A stretch of 30,147 nt of DNA from a virus (Duplodnaviria; Heunggongvirae; Uroviricota; Caudoviricetes). Numbering within the stretch: position 1 is the stretch's first letter; the number at the start of each line of letters is the position of its first letter. The translations under genes were made by a program, and so were the position numbers. The DNA lies in IMG/VR virus record IMGVR_UViG_2778261179_000014, positions 1 to 30,147 of that record; one strand, given 5' to 3'. Under the pieces are notes generated by a model that did not search any database, was not told where the DNA came from, and saw only the letters and a list, made by a program, of their open reading frames with translations. Of the stretch, positions 15,640-25,851 are shown piece by piece.

Positions 15640-16173
15640 ATGAACGCAAAAATCAGATACGGCCTGTCGGCTGCCGTTCTGGCACTGATTGCCGTCGGTG
15701 CGCCCGCGCCTGATATTCTCGACCAGTTTCTGGATGAAAAAGAAGGTAACCACACAACGGCATACCGCGATGGGTCCGGCATCTGGACCATCTGTCGGGG
15801 TGCCACGATGGTGGATGGAAAACCCGTTTTTCCCGGTATGAAACTGTCGAAGGAAAAATGCGACCAGGTCAACGCCATTGAGCGTGATAAGGCGCTGGCA
15901 TGGGTGGAGCGCAATATTAAAGTACCACTGACCGAGCCACAAAAAGCGGGTATCGCGTCATTTTGTCCCTATAACATTGGCCCCGGTAAGTGTTTTCCGT
16001 CGACGTTTTATAAGCGGCTGAATGCTGGTGATCGTAAAGGTGCATGCGAGGCGATTCGCTGGTGGATTAAGGACGGTGGCCGTGATTGCCGCATTCGTTC
16101 AAATAACTGTTACGGTCAGGTTATTCGTCGTGACCAGGAAAGCGCATTAGCCTGTTGGGGAATAGATCAGTGA
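15640..16173 (+). CDS. SAR endolysin (T4 lysozyme-like muramidase, GH24)
   Basis: 177 aa; N-terminal signal-anchor-release segment ([17 protein letters not shown]); catalytic E-x8-D-x5-T signature ([16 protein letters not shown]). Confidence 0.9.
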   Translation: MNAKIRYGLSAAVLALIAVGAPAPDILDQFLDEKEGNHTTAYRDGSGIWTICRGATMVDGKPVFPGMKLSKEKCDQVNAIERDKALAWVERNIKVPLTEPQKAGIASFCPYNIGPGKCFPSTFYKRLNAGDRKGACEAIRWWIKDGGRDCRIRSNNCYGQVIRRDQESALACWGIDQ

Positions 16174-16637
16174 GCAGAGTCGCCGCGATTATTTATGCTC
16201 TGGTTATCTGCACTATCGTCTGCCTGTCGTGGGCGGTCAATCATTACCGTGATAACGCCATCGCCTACAAAGAACAACGTGATAAAAAAGTCAGTGAGCT
16301 GAAGCAGGCGATCGCCACCATCGCTGACATGCAGCAGCGTCAGCGTGATGTTGCTGCGCTCGATGCAAAGTACTCGAGAGAATTAGCCAATGCGAAAGCT
16401 GAAAATGAAACTCTGCGCGCTGATGTTGCCGCTGGCCGTAAGCGCCTGCGGGTCAATGCCAGTTGCTCCGCAGCCGTGCGTGAAGCCACCGGACCCACCA
16501 GCGTGGATAATGCAACCATCCCCCGACTGGCAGACACCGCTGAACGGGATTATTTCACCCTCAGAGACCGATTGATGACGATGCAGATGCAACTGGAAGG
16601 GGCGCAGGAATATATCCGCACTCAGTGCATTAAGTAG
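16170..16637 (+). CDS. Rz-like inner-membrane spanin
   Basis: 155 aa from GTG 16170, overlapping the endolysin stop; N-terminal TM segment then coiled-coil periplasmic domain; Rz1 is embedded in the +1 frame. Confidence 0.75.
   Translation: MSRVAAIIYALVICTIVCLSWAVNHYRDNAIAYKEQRDKKVSELKQAIATIADMQQRQRDVAALDAKYSRELANAKAENETLRADVAAGRKRLRVNASCSAAVREATGPTSVDNATIPRLADTAERDYFTLRDRLMTMQMQLEGAQEYIRTQCIK
16390..16575 (+). CDS. Rz1-like outer-membrane lipoprotein spanin (embedded in Rz)
   Basis: Lipobox AVSAC after a short signal peptide; proline-rich mature part; wholly inside Rz in another frame. Start 16390 or 16405. Confidence 0.65.
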   Translation: MRKLKMKLCALMLPLAVSACGSMPVAPQPCVKPPDPPAWIMQPSPDWQTPLNGIISPSETD

Positions 16638-16679
16638 CCTTTTTATCGTGGTAAACATTTCGCAGGGTATGAGGTATTT

Positions 16680-17030
16680 ATGCCATCACGAATCCCACGC
16701 GCCTGCCGTAAGCGTGGATGTGCAGGTACAACCACAGACAGTTCTGGTTACTGCGATAAACATCGTGGCGAAGGATGGGTACAGCATCAACGCGGACTGA
16801 GCCGCCACCAGCGTGGCTATGGCTCGAAATGGGATGCCACACGTGCGCGCATACTGAAGCGTGATAATCATCTGTGTCAGAACTGCCTGCGCAATGGGAG
16901 AGCCGTTGAAGCCAGAACTGTGGACCACATCATTCCGAAAGCTCATGGTGGCACGGATGCAGACAGTAACCTGCAGAGTCTGTGCTGGCCCTGTCATAAA
17001 GCAAAAACAGCGCGCGAACGCATCAATTGA
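16680..17030 (+). CDS. HNH endonuclease (terminase-associated)
   Basis: 116 aa; Cys-rich N-terminus; HNH core (DHIIPKAHGGTDADSNLQSLCWPCHKAK); immediately upstream of the terminase genes. Confidence 0.85.
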   Translation: MPSRIPRACRKRGCAGTTTDSSGYCDKHRGEGWVQHQRGLSRHQRGYGSKWDATRARILKRDNHLCQNCLRNGRAVEARTVDHIIPKAHGGTDADSNLQSLCWPCHKAKTARERIN

Positions 17031-17177
17031 TAACAGTTCCCATCTGTAGGGGAGGGGCGGGTCAAATCTCTGCAACCCTGGCTGCTCAGTACCGCCGCCT
17101 GACCCTTCCTCACATCGCCGCAGGTTCGAAAACTTTTTTTGGAAATGTGAACAAACGATTGATAGGTAAGACCGATT

Positions 17178-17660
17178 ATGTCAGGACCTCCGAAAACCCC
17201 GCCACGCCTGCATTTGATTCGAGGCAACCCCTCAAAGCGCCCCGTTAATGACCACAAAAAAACCGCTAAAAAGGATGAAAAAGGTCTTCCTAAAATTCCG
17301 CAGCATTTAGGGGCTCAGGGGAAGTACTGGTTCAGGCGAATGGCGGAAGAGCTGAATGCGGAAGGGATCATTTCTCAGCTTGATGCGCGTGCGCTCGAGT
17401 TGCTGGTGGAAGCCTACACCGAATATCGGCATCACTGCGAAACACTCGATGTTGAGGGGTATACCTACCGTACGGAAACGCAGAGCGGTGATGTACTGAT
17501 TAAGGCGCACCCCGCGGCGGCAATGAAAGCGGATGCCTGGAAGCGGATCCGGGCAATGCTTGCAGAGTTTGGTATGTCACCGGCAAGCCGGGCTAAAGTA
17601 AATATCGCCGGACCGGATGATGTTGATCCGCTGGCGGAGCTTTTAAAAGCGAGAGACTGA
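17178..17660 (+). CDS. Terminase small subunit (P27-family-like)
   Basis: 160 aa; stop overlaps the large-subunit start (ATGA); basic N-terminus; family call from recall. Confidence 0.75.
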   Translation: MSGPPKTPPRLHLIRGNPSKRPVNDHKKTAKKDEKGLPKIPQHLGAQGKYWFRRMAEELNAEGIISQLDARALELLVEAYTEYRHHCETLDVEGYTYRTETQSGDVLIKAHPAAAMKADAWKRIRAMLAEFGMSPASRAKVNIAGPDDVDPLAELLKARD

Positions 17661-19417
17661 TGGCAAAAGTGGCTGACGGGATCCGCTACGCCGAACGTGT
17701 TGTTGCAGGAGAAATTGTTGCTGGCGAATTTGTCCGCCTGGCCTGCCAGCGTTTTCTTGATGATCTGAAGTACGGCGAAGAGCGGGGGATTTATTTCAGT
17801 GAACCCCGTGCTCAGCACATCCTGAATTTCTACAAATTTGTGCCTCATGTAAAAGGGGCGCTGGCAGGCCAGTCCATTGAGTTGATGGACTGGCATGTAT
17901 TTATCCTCATTAATATTTTTGGTTTTGTCATTCCGCTGGTCAATGAAGAGACCGGGGAAGTTGTCATGCGCAGCGATGGCAGCGGACGTCCGGTGATGGT
18001 GCGCCGGTTCCGGACGGCGTACAACGAAGTCGCCCGTAAAAACGCAAAATCAACTCTGTCATCGGGTATCGGCCTGTATATGACGGGGGCAGATGGTGAA
18101 GGCGGAGCTGAGGTGTATTCAGCCGCAACCACGCGTGACCAGGCCAGAATCGTGTTTGAAGACGCCAAAAATATGGTCAGAAAAGCCCGGTCGACACTCG
18201 GGCGGTTGTTTGATTTCAACAAGCTGGCGATTTACCAGGAGCAGAGCGCATCAAAATTTGAACCGCTTTCCTCGGATGCAAACAACCTGGACGGTCTGAA
18301 CATCCACTGCGCCATTATTGATGAGCTGCATGCACATAAAACCCGCGACGTGTGGGACGTTCTGGAAACTGCAACCGGTGCCCGTCTACAGTCCCTGTTA
18401 TTTGGTATCACCACGGCGGGCTTTAACAAGGAAGGGATTTGTTACGAGCAACGCGATTACGCCATCAAGGTATTGCGAGGCTATAACAGCGACGTGGAGG
18501 GCGCGGTAAAAGACGACTCTTACTTTGCGATCATTTACACGCTTGATGAGGGAGATGATCCGTTTGATGAAACGGTCTGGCAGAAAGCGAATCCTGGCCT
18601 GGGCATCTGTAAACGCTGGGATGATCTGCGTCGCCTGGCGAAAAAAGCGAAGGAGCAGGTCTCTGCGCGGGTGAATTTTTTCACGAAACACATGAATGTG
18701 TGGGTCACTGCCGAATCTGCCTGGATGGACATGATTAAGTGGGAGAAGTGCGAATACATTGCTCCACAGCATGAGCTGAAAACATATCCCATGTGGGTCG
18801 GTGTAGACCTTGCTCATAAGATTGATATCTGTGCGGCGGCAAAACTCTGGCGAACCGATAACGGACATGTTCATGCCGATTTTAAATTCTGGCTTCCGGA
18901 AGGACGGCTGGAACGATGCTCGCGGCAGCAGGCAGAACTTTACCGGAAGTGGGCGGAGATGGATAAGCTGATTCTGACGGATGGTGATGTTATCGATCAT
19001 GCTCAGATAAAAAGTGACTTACTGGAATGGATTGGTGGTGAAAACCTCAGGGAACTGGGATTTGACCCGTGGAGCGCGATGCAGTTCAGCCTGGCACTGG
19101 CTGAAGAAGGGATACCGCTGGTGGAGGTTCCGCAGACGGTTCGCAATCTGTCAGAGGCCATGAAGGAAACGGAATCACTGGTCTATGCCGGGCGTTTCCA
19201 TCACAGCAATCATCCGGTCATGAACTGGATGATGTCTAACGTTACGGTAAAACCGGACAAAAACGACAATATCTTCCCGAATAAATCCACGCTGGAAGCC
19301 AAAATCGACGGCCCTGTTGCGATGTTTACAGCAATGAGCCGGATGCTGGTCAATGGTGGTGAACCGGAGCTGGATCTGTCTGAACATCTGGTCAGCGTGG
19401 GCATCCGCTCGCTTTAA
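17660..19417 (+). CDS. Terminase large subunit
   Basis: 585 aa; N-terminal ATPase region with a Walker A-like stretch ([10 protein letters not shown]) and DE box ([11 protein letters not shown]); C-terminal nuclease-type region. Confidence 0.9.
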   Translation: MAKVADGIRYAERVVAGEIVAGEFVRLACQRFLDDLKYGEERGIYFSEPRAQHILNFYKFVPHVKGALAGQSIELMDWHVFILINIFGFVIPLVNEETGEVVMRSDGSGRPVMVRRFRTAYNEVARKNAKSTLSSGIGLYMTGADGEGGAEVYSAATTRDQARIVFEDAKNMVRKARSTLGRLFDFNKLAIYQEQSASKFEPLSSDANNLDGLNIHCAIIDELHAHKTRDVWDVLETATGARLQSLLFGITTAGFNKEGICYEQRDYAIKVLRGYNSDVEGAVKDDSYFAIIYTLDEGDDPFDETVWQKANPGLGICKRWDDLRRLAKKAKEQVSARVNFFTKHMNVWVTAESAWMDMIKWEKCEYIAPQHELKTYPMWVGVDLAHKIDICAAAKLWRTDNGHVHADFKFWLPEGRLERCSRQQAELYRKWAEMDKLILTDGDVIDHAQIKSDLLEWIGGENLRELGFDPWSAMQFSLALAEEGIPLVEVPQTVRNLSEAMKETESLVYAGRFHHSNHPVMNWMMSNVTVKPDKNDNIFPNKSTLEAKIDGPVAMFTAMSRMLVNGGEPELDLSEHLVSVGIRSL

Positions 19418-19428
19418 CCGAGGTCATT

Positions 19429-19611
19429 ATGTTTCTGATAATTCTCGCGCCACTGGTGGGCGTGCTGGGTGCGCTTTTGCTGGCGTATGGTGCCTGGCTG
19501 ATTTATCCCCCGGCGGGTTTTGTTGTTGCCGGGGTGCTGTGCCTGTTCTGGTCGTGGCTGGTGGCGCGATATCTCGACCGTACACAGCCGTCTGTCGGCG
19601 GAGGTAAATAG
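19429..19611 (+). CDS. Hypothetical small membrane protein
   Basis: 60 aa, two hydrophobic segments, GAGGT RBS; between terminase and portal. Confidence 0.4.
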   Translation: MFLIILAPLVGVLGALLLAYGAWLIYPPAGFVVAGVLCLFWSWLVARYLDRTQPSVGGGK

Positions 19612-20852
19612 TGTTCTTTTCGGGATTATTTCAACGAAAAAGTGACGCGCCGGTGACCACGCCAGCAGAGCTGGCGGATGCCATCGGGTTGTCTTACGAC
19701 ACCTATACCGGAAAGCAGATCAGCAGTCAGCGGGCCATGCGACTGACGGCGGTTTTTTCCTGCGTCAGAGTGCTGGCAGAGTCGGTCGGGATGTTGCCCT
19801 GCAATCTGTATCACCTGAACGGCAGCCTGAAACAGAGGGCCACCGGCGAACGTCTGCATAAGCTGATCTCCACGCATCCCAATGGCTATATGACGCCGCA
19901 GGAGTTCTGGGAGCTGGTGGTCACCTGTCTGTGCCTGAGGGGAAACTTTTACGCCTACAAAGTGAAAGCATTTGGCGAAGTGGCTGAACTGCTGCCCGTC
20001 GATCCCGGTTGTGTGGTACCGAAGCTTAACAGTCGCTGGGAGCCGGTCTATCAGGTCACATTCCCGGACGGTTCCACGGATGTACTGAGCCAGGAAGATA
20101 TCTGGCATGTGCGCACGCTGACGCTGGACGGTCTGGTGGGACTGAATCCCATCGCCTATGCCCGCGAGGCAATATCGCTGGCAGCAGCGACCGAAGAGCA
20201 CGGGGCCAGACTGTTCAGCAATGGTGCAGTGACGTCCGGTGTGTTGCGTACAGAACAGACGCTGTCGGATCAGGCTTATGAGCGCCTGAAGAAAGATTTT
20301 GAGGAGCGTCACACCGGGCTTGGCAATGCTCACCGCCCGATGATCCTTGAGATGGGGCTGGACTGGAAGTCGATGGCGCTGAACGCCGAGGACAGCCAGT
20401 TCCTGGAAACCCGCAAGTTTCAGCTTGAAGAAATCTGTCGTCTGTTCCGGGTGCCGTTGCACATGGTGCAGAACACCGATCGCGCCACCTTCAACAATAT
20501 CGAAGAGCTGGGGCTGGGATTTATCAACTATTCACTGGTGCCGTATCTGACCCGCATCGAACAGCGGATCAACACCGGACTGGTACGAAAAAGTAAGCAG
20601 GGCGTTTATTACGCCAAATTTAACGCCGGGGCGTTACTGCGCGGGGATATGAAGTCCCGTTTTGAAGCCTACGCCACCGGGATCAACTGGGGAATTTACT
20701 CTCCCAATGACTGCCGCGACCTGGAAGATATGAATCCGCGTCCCGGTGGGGATGTCTATCTCACACCGATGAACATGACCACGAAACCCTCCGATGGCAG
20801 TAAAGCCGGTAAGCAGAAGGATAACGCCAATGCAGACGAAACAACGTCTTGA
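19611..20852 (+). CDS. Portal protein (HK97 family)
   Basis: 413 aa from GTG with GGAGGT RBS; follows the terminase; size and composition typical of HK97-type portals. Confidence 0.85.
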   Translation: MFFSGLFQRKSDAPVTTPAELADAIGLSYDTYTGKQISSQRAMRLTAVFSCVRVLAESVGMLPCNLYHLNGSLKQRATGERLHKLISTHPNGYMTPQEFWELVVTCLCLRGNFYAYKVKAFGEVAELLPVDPGCVVPKLNSRWEPVYQVTFPDGSTDVLSQEDIWHVRTLTLDGLVGLNPIAYAREAISLAAATEEHGARLFSNGAVTSGVLRTEQTLSDQAYERLKKDFEERHTGLGNAHRPMILEMGLDWKSMALNAEDSQFLETRKFQLEEICRLFRVPLHMVQNTDRATFNNIEELGLGFINYSLVPYLTRIEQRINTGLVRKSKQGVYYAKFNAGALLRGDMKSRFEAYATGINWGIYSPNDCRDLEDMNPRPGGDVYLTPMNMTTKPSDGSKAGKQKDNANADETTS

Positions 20853-21480
20853 TGTACCGCTGAGTCTGAAATCTGTCAGTGACTCCGGTGAGTTTGAAGG
20901 GTATGGCTCCGTCTTTGGTGTAAAGGACAGCCACGATGATGTGGTGATGTCCGGGGCATTTGCTGCTTCCCTGCGGGCGTGGAGTGACAGAAAAGCGTTA
21001 CCTGCGCTGCTCTGGCAGCACCGCATGGATGAGCCCATCGGTGTTTACACCGAAATGAAGGAAGACGATGTCGGGCTTTACGTCAGGGGACGGTTGCTTA
21101 TTGATGATGATCCCCTCGCAAAACGCGCACATGCACACATGAAGGCCGGTTCGTTAACCGGCCTTTCTATTGGGTACGTCCTGAAAGACTGGGAATACGA
21201 CCGGAGCAAAGAAGCCTTTCTGCTGAAAGAAATCGACCTCTGGGAAGTCAGCCTGGTGACGTTCCCGTCTAACGACGAGGCGCGGATCAGCGACGTCAAG
21301 AACGCACTGGCCCGCGGGGAAATCCCCGAACAGAAAAAAATCGAAAGAGTCCTGCGTGATGTCGGACTCTCCCGTACCCAGGCCAAAGCATTCATGGCCG
21401 GGGGCTATGGCGCACTGTCCCTGCGCGACGCTGAGGATGTGGGCTCTGCACTGAATGCACTGAAAAATCTGAACTTCTAA
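20830..21480 (+). CDS. Prohead protease (HK97 family)
   Basis: About 216 aa from ATG 20830 (AGGATAA RBS), overlapping the portal 3' end; lies between portal and major capsid genes. Confidence 0.8.
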   Translation: MQTKQRLDVPLSLKSVSDSGEFEGYGSVFGVKDSHDDVVMSGAFAASLRAWSDRKALPALLWQHRMDEPIGVYTEMKEDDVGLYVRGRLLIDDDPLAKRAHAHMKAGSLTGLSIGYVLKDWEYDRSKEAFLLKEIDLWEVSLVTFPSNDEARISDVKNALARGEIPEQKKIERVLRDVGLSRTQAKAFMAGGYGALSLRDAEDVGSALNALKNLNF

Positions 21481-21494
21481 TCAGGAGAAATACG

Positions 21495-22700
21495 ATGGCG
21501 GTTGATATTAAAGATGTCGAACAGGTCGCGCAGGAGCTGCAGCAGAAGTTTGACGACTTCAAAGCAAAGAACGACAAGCGCGTGGATGCGATTGAGCAGG
21601 AAAAAGGCAAACTTGCCGGACAGGTGGAAACCCTGAACGGGAAACTCAGCGAGCTGGAAAACCTCAAAAGCGATCTTGAAAAAGAGCTGCTTGAGCTGAA
21701 ACGTCCGGCAGGTGGTGCGCAAAATAAACTGGCCACCGAGCATAAAGAAGCGTTTGTGGGCTTCCTGCGTAAAGGCCGTGAAGATGGTCTGCGCGATCTG
21801 GAGCGTAAGGCATTGCAGGTGGGCACCGATGAAGACGGCGGCTATGCCGTGCCGGAAGCACTGGATCGCAACATTCTCACCCTGCTGAAAGATGAAGTGG
21901 TGATGCGCCAGGAAGCCACGGTGATCACCGTTGGCGGTTCCGACTACAAAAAACTGGTGAATCTGGGCGGCACGGCTTCCGGATGGGTTGGCGAGACTGA
22001 CGCGCGCCCCCAGACTGCCACCTCAAAACTGGGCCTGATTGAACCTTTCATGGGGGAAATCTACGGTAACCCACAGGCCACCCAGAAAATGCTGGATGAT
22101 GCCTTTTTCAACGTGGAGGCCTGGATCAACAGCGAGCTGGCAACCGAATTTGCCGAACAGGAAGAAATTGCCTTTACCACCGGTGATGGTACCAAGAAGC
22201 CGAAAGGGTTCCTGGCGTATGAGTCCACTGATGAAACCGACAAGGTCCGGGCGTTCGGCAAACTTCAGCATATTGTATCCGGCGAAGCGACGGCGGTGAC
22301 CGCAGATGCCATTATCAAACTGATTTACACGCTGCGAAAGGCACACCGCACTGGCGCGAAGTTCATGATGAACAACAACAGCCTGTTTGCCATCCGTCTG
22401 CTGAAAGACACAGAGGGTAACTATCTGTGGCGTCCGGGGCTGGAACTGGGGCAGCCGTCCTCTCTGGCGGGTTACGGTATCGCTGAAAACGAACAGATGC
22501 CGGATATTGCCGCGGATGCGAAAGCCATTGCATTTGGTAACTTCAAACGGGGTTACACCATCGTTGACCGTATCGGTACCCGCATTCTGCGTGACCCGTA
22601 CACCAATAAACCGTTTGTCGGTTTTTATACCACCAAGCGCACCGGCGGCATGCTGGTCGATTCGCAGGCCATCAAACTGCTGAAGATTGCAGCGGCGTAA
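21495..22700 (+). CDS. Major capsid protein (HK97 fold) with N-terminal coiled-coil delta domain
   Basis: 401 aa; first about 100 aa are strongly coiled-coil (scaffold-like delta domain), followed by the capsid domain. Confidence 0.85.
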   Translation: MAVDIKDVEQVAQELQQKFDDFKAKNDKRVDAIEQEKGKLAGQVETLNGKLSELENLKSDLEKELLELKRPAGGAQNKLATEHKEAFVGFLRKGREDGLRDLERKALQVGTDEDGGYAVPEALDRNILTLLKDEVVMRQEATVITVGGSDYKKLVNLGGTASGWVGETDARPQTATSKLGLIEPFMGEIYGNPQATQKMLDDAFFNVEAWINSELATEFAEQEEIAFTTGDGTKKPKGFLAYESTDETDKVRAFGKLQHIVSGEATAVTADAIIKLIYTLRKAHRTGAKFMMNNNSLFAIRLLKDTEGNYLWRPGLELGQPSSLAGYGIAENEQMPDIAADAKAIAFGNFKRGYTIVDRIGTRILRDPYTNKPFVGFYTTKRTGGMLVDSQAIKLLKIAAA

Positions 22701-22750
22701 TCATTCAGGGGGCGCAGAAGTGCGCCCCTGTTCTGACAGGTGAAAGAATC

Positions 22751-22939
22751 ATGATCCTGAAACAAGATCTGAAATGGTCACCGGACGGTATGCGTGTTGA
22801 GATTATTCGGGCCGGTGAGTATGAAGATAAAGAATTACCCGAACGGGTACGCGAAATTGCCACTGCAGCTGGGATTGTCTCTGATAAGAGAACACCTGTT
22901 GCGCGGGGGGCTGATAAGTCTAAAAAACAGCATTCATAG
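22751..22939 (+). CDS. Hypothetical small protein
   Basis: 62 aa with AGGTGA RBS between the capsid and connector genes. Confidence 0.4.
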   Translation: MILKQDLKWSPDGMRVEIIRAGEYEDKELPERVREIATAAGIVSDKRTPVARGADKSKKQHS

Positions 22940-22950
22940 AGGTTGCCCAA

Positions 22951-23256
22951 ATGATGCCCACTCTGGAAGAGCTTCGTGTTCAGTGCCGGATTGATGATGA
23001 CAATGAACAGGAGAATGCTCTTCTTATGATGTATCTGGCTGCTGCCAGGGAAGAGGCTGAAAAGTTTTTAAACCGGACGCTTTACGATGAAACTGTTTCT
23101 GAGCAGGATACGACCGGGCTTGTAATAACACCGCTGATAAAGCTGCGTCTTATGCAACTGGTTGGCTACTGGTACGAGAACAGGGAAATGCTGGATGCAG
23201 TGCCTGATTTTTTCTATACCGGACTGCGGATGTATCGGTTTCATCCCGGAACATAG
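22951..23256 (+). CDS. Head-tail connector protein (gp6-like)
   Basis: 101 aa, acidic N-terminus; assigned by position and size in an HK97-like head module. Confidence 0.65.
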   Translation: MMPTLEELRVQCRIDDDNEQENALLMMYLAAAREEAEKFLNRTLYDETVSEQDTTGLVITPLIKLRLMQLVGYWYENREMLDAVPDFFYTGLRMYRFHPGT

Positions 23257-23264
23257 GGGGATTC

Positions 23265-23603
23265 ATGCAGGCAGGAAGATTACGTGATCGTGTGGTTATT
23301 CTGAATGCCACCACCGTTCGGTCTCCGTCAGGGCACCCTGTGGAAACAATGACGGAGGGGGCAACCATATGGGCAGAAGTTAAGGGGATCAGTGGCAGGG
23401 AGAGAATATCCGGAGGCGCAGAAACTGCTCAGGCTACAGTGAGGGTCTGGATGAGATTCCGGCGAGATGTAACAGCAACTTCATGTCTGAAAGTGCTGAC
23501 TGGTGCATTCAAAGGCGCGATTCTGAGTATAGACGGTCCGCCGATACCGGATGCTCGTGCCACACGGCTTGAGATACTCTGTTCTCAGAAGGGGAATGTG
23601 TGA
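23265..23603 (+). CDS. Head closure / head-tail adaptor protein
   Basis: 112 aa; assigned by position. Confidence 0.55.
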   Translation: MQAGRLRDRVVILNATTVRSPSGHPVETMTEGATIWAEVKGISGRERISGGAETAQATVRVWMRFRRDVTATSCLKVLTGAFKGAILSIDGPPIPDARATRLEILCSQKGNV

Positions 23604-24049
23604 TGGATTTCAGTCTTGATTTTTCAGGTCTGGCGGATATTGCACGGGATCTGGAGACGCTCAGCAGGGCAGAAAACAATAAGGTACTGCGCGATGCCAC
23701 CCGTGCCGGTGCTGAAGTTATGCGGGATGCAGTTGTTGAACGTGCGCCGGAGCGAACCGGGAAACTGAAGAAAAATGTGGTTGTTCTCACTCAGCGTTCA
23801 AAGCGTCGGGGGGAAATTATCTCGGGTGTCCACATTCGTGGACGGAACCTGCGAACCGGAAACAGTGATAACAGCATGAAAGCCAGTGATCCCCGAAATG
23901 CGTTTTACTGGCGCTTTGTGGAGCTGGGAACGGTAAACATGCCCGCTCACCCGTTCATTCGTCCGGCGTTTGATACGACAGAGGAACTGGCGGCGCAGGT
24001 TGCCATACAGCGAATGAATCAGGCTATTGATGAGGTATTAAGTAAATGA
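23600..24049 (+). CDS. Tail component protein (HK97 gp10-like)
   Basis: 149 aa; start overlaps the upstream stop; assigned by position. Confidence 0.55.
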   Translation: MMDFSLDFSGLADIARDLETLSRAENNKVLRDATRAGAEVMRDAVVERAPERTGKLKKNVVVLTQRSKRRGEIISGVHIRGRNLRTGNSDNSMKASDPRNAFYWRFVELGTVNMPAHPFIRPAFDTTEELAAQVAIQRMNQAIDEVLSK

Positions 24050-24390
24050 GGGAGGCCACACTGTATTCCCTGCTGTCTCAGCTGGCCGGAGGACAGGTTT
24101 ATCCTTATGTGGTCCCGCTGACGGAGGGAAAGCCTGCGGTATCTCCGCCATGGCTGGTATTTTCTGTGGTGTCTGACACTGCGTCTGATGTGCTTGATGG
24201 TCAGGCTGAATCCAGAATTACCGTGCAGATCGATGTCTGGGCGACAGTACCTGATGACGCAGATGATATTCGTGAGCAGGCGCTTGATGCGGTAAGGCAA
24301 CTGGCACCCTCCGTTATTTCTAAAACGCAGGGTTATGATCCTGATTCCCGTCTGAGCAGAGCCACGCTTGAATTTCAGGTAATAGCCTGA
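24046..24390 (+). CDS. Tail completion protein
   Basis: 114 aa; start overlaps the upstream stop; assigned by position. Confidence 0.5.
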   Translation: MREATLYSLLSQLAGGQVYPYVVPLTEGKPAVSPPWLVFSVVSDTASDVLDGQAESRITVQIDVWATVPDDADDIREQALDAVRQLAPSVISKTQGYDPDSRLSRATLEFQVIA

Positions 24391-24410
24391 GGTCGTTAAT
24401 GATTTTACCC

Positions 24411-24436
24411 ACCCGCCGCTGGCGGGTTTTTTATTT
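24411..24436 (+). terminator. Hairpin plus T-run (attenuator/terminator) upstream of the major tail gene
   Basis: ACCCGCC-GCT-GGCGGGT followed by TTTTTTATTTT. Confidence 0.55.
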
Positions 24437-24449
24437 TCAGGAGACGAGT

Positions 24450-25154
24450 ATGTCCTCTAATTTTGAGCGTTCGCAACTGACGAAAATTATGATTTCGTCT
24501 GCACCGGTAACAGCAGAAACCCTGGATTCTGCCAGCTATCTTGGCCTGAGCTGTACAATCAAAGAGGTGCAGTTTACCGCAGGACAAAAGCAGGATATTG
24601 ATGTCACCACGCTGTGTTCTGTTGAGCAGGAAAATATTAACGGTCTTGGTGCCGCGTCAGAGATTTCCATGTCAGGCAACTTTTACCTCAATGCTGCCCA
24701 GAACGCGTTGCGCAGTGCCTATGACAATGACACCACGTATGGCTTTAAAGTTATTTTTCCGTCAGGAAACGGATTTACCTTTATGGCAGAGGTGCGTCAG
24801 CATACCTGGTCTGCAGGAACCAATGGTGTTGTGGCTGCAACGTTTTCCCTGCGCCTGAAAGGTAAACCTGTGCTGACGACAGAGCCGCTGAAAGTGAAGG
24901 TCGATTTAAACAGCACGCTGCAGGTTTCTGCCGGAGCGAAACTCGAAATGGTGGTTGAGGCTGTCGGTGGTGTGCCGCCTTATTCTTATGTCTGGAAGAA
25001 AGGTAGTTCTCCTGTTTCCGGACAGACGGCGGCAACATTCAGTAAGGCATCAGCAGCATCAGGTGATGCCGGTGCGTATACCTGCGAGATTTCTGATTCA
25101 GCAAGCCCTGTTAACAAGGTGACCTCCACTTCCTGCACTGTTACCGTCAGTTAA
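24450..25154 (+). CDS. Major tail protein with C-terminal Ig-like domain
   Basis: 234 aa from ATG 24450 (GGAG RBS); C-terminal about 90 aa (GVPPYSYVWKKGSSPVSGQTAATFSKASAASGDAGAYTCEISD) look like an Ig-like decoration domain. Confidence 0.75.
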   Translation: MSSNFERSQLTKIMISSAPVTAETLDSASYLGLSCTIKEVQFTAGQKQDIDVTTLCSVEQENINGLGAASEISMSGNFYLNAAQNALRSAYDNDTTYGFKVIFPSGNGFTFMAEVRQHTWSAGTNGVVAATFSLRLKGKPVLTTEPLKVKVDLNSTLQVSAGAKLEMVVEAVGGVPPYSYVWKKGSSPVSGQTAATFSKASAASGDAGAYTCEISDSASPVNKVTSTSCTVTVS

Positions 25155-25168
25155 TGAGGATAGATGTG

Positions 25169-25540
25169 ATGACTAAAAATATCCGCAATCTGGCACTGGC
25201 AACGATGTCGGGGTTTCGCCATAAAACTGTTGATGTGCCTGAATGGGAAGGGGCAACGGTTGTATTACGGGAACCTTCTGCAGAAGCCTGGTTGCGCTGG
25301 CAGGAGATCGTTAAAGCAAAAGATGATGAGACACCGTTATCCGTTGCGGAGCGCGCCCGCCGAAATCTGGAGGCAGATGTTGAACTGTTCATTGATGTTC
25401 TGTGTGATACCGGACTGCAACCTGTATTTTCAGAGGATGATCGTGAACAGGTGATTGCCGTGTATGGCCCGGTGCATGCGCGGCTTCTTCGGCAGTCTCT
25501 GGAACTGATCAGTGATGCCGGCGAGGTTAAAAAAAAGTAG
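25169..25540 (+). CDS. Tail assembly chaperone (G-like)
   Basis: About 123 aa from ATG 25169 (GAGGA 8 nt upstream); ends with a slippery A-run immediately before its stop. Confidence 0.7.
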   Translation: MTKNIRNLALATMSGFRHKTVDVPEWEGATVVLREPSAEAWLRWQEIVKAKDDETPLSVAERARRNLEADVELFIDVLCDTGLQPVFSEDDREQVIAVYGPVHARLLRQSLELISDAGEVKKK

Positions 25541-25842
25541 AGCTTCCGGGGATGCGTTTTCTGATGATGCTGGCGCTCAGGATGGGGCGCACATTGTCAG
25601 AGTTACGCCGGGAAATGTCCGCATCAGAAATCATGATGTGGGCAGAATTTGACAGGTTCAGCCCGCTGGGTGACGAGCGGGCTGATATCCGGGCTGCCCA
25701 GATAGTTTCTGCGGTTTACGGTGCGCAGGGTGTCAAAGTCCCACTGAATGATGCGCTTCTTCAGTGGGAACAAGAGCAGACAGAAGGCGTCTCAGATCCA
25801 TTTGCCGGACTGGAAAACGCGCTTTTAATAGTGTCTCAGTGA
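25169..25842 (+). CDS. Tail assembly chaperone GT-like fusion via programmed -1 frameshift
   Basis: Slippery heptamer A_AAA_AAG at 25531-25537, just before the G stop (TAG 25538-25540); the -1 frame is open from 25531 to 25842; sits between major tail and tape measure genes as in lambda. Confidence 0.6.
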
Positions 25843-25851
25843 GTCAACATA

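Noticed and set aside
15565-15942. Minus-strand ORFs of 125 and 94 aa antisense to the endolysin
   Set aside because: Antisense to a gene with clear catalytic motifs; no RBS.
17960-18080. Deviant Walker A (ARKNAKS instead of GxxxxGK[ST]) and an apparent inserted loop in the terminase large subunit
   Set aside because: Terminase ATPases often carry deviant P-loops, and I cannot establish an insertion without an alignment; not strong enough to report as an anomaly.
19626-20462. 278-aa minus-strand ORF antisense to the portal gene
   Set aside because: Arg/His/Gln-rich shadow ORF in GC-rich coding DNA; the portal frame is supported by gene order.
21392-21826. 144-aa Ser/Arg-rich minus-strand ORF antisense to the capsid gene
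   Set aside because: Low-complexity shadow ORF.
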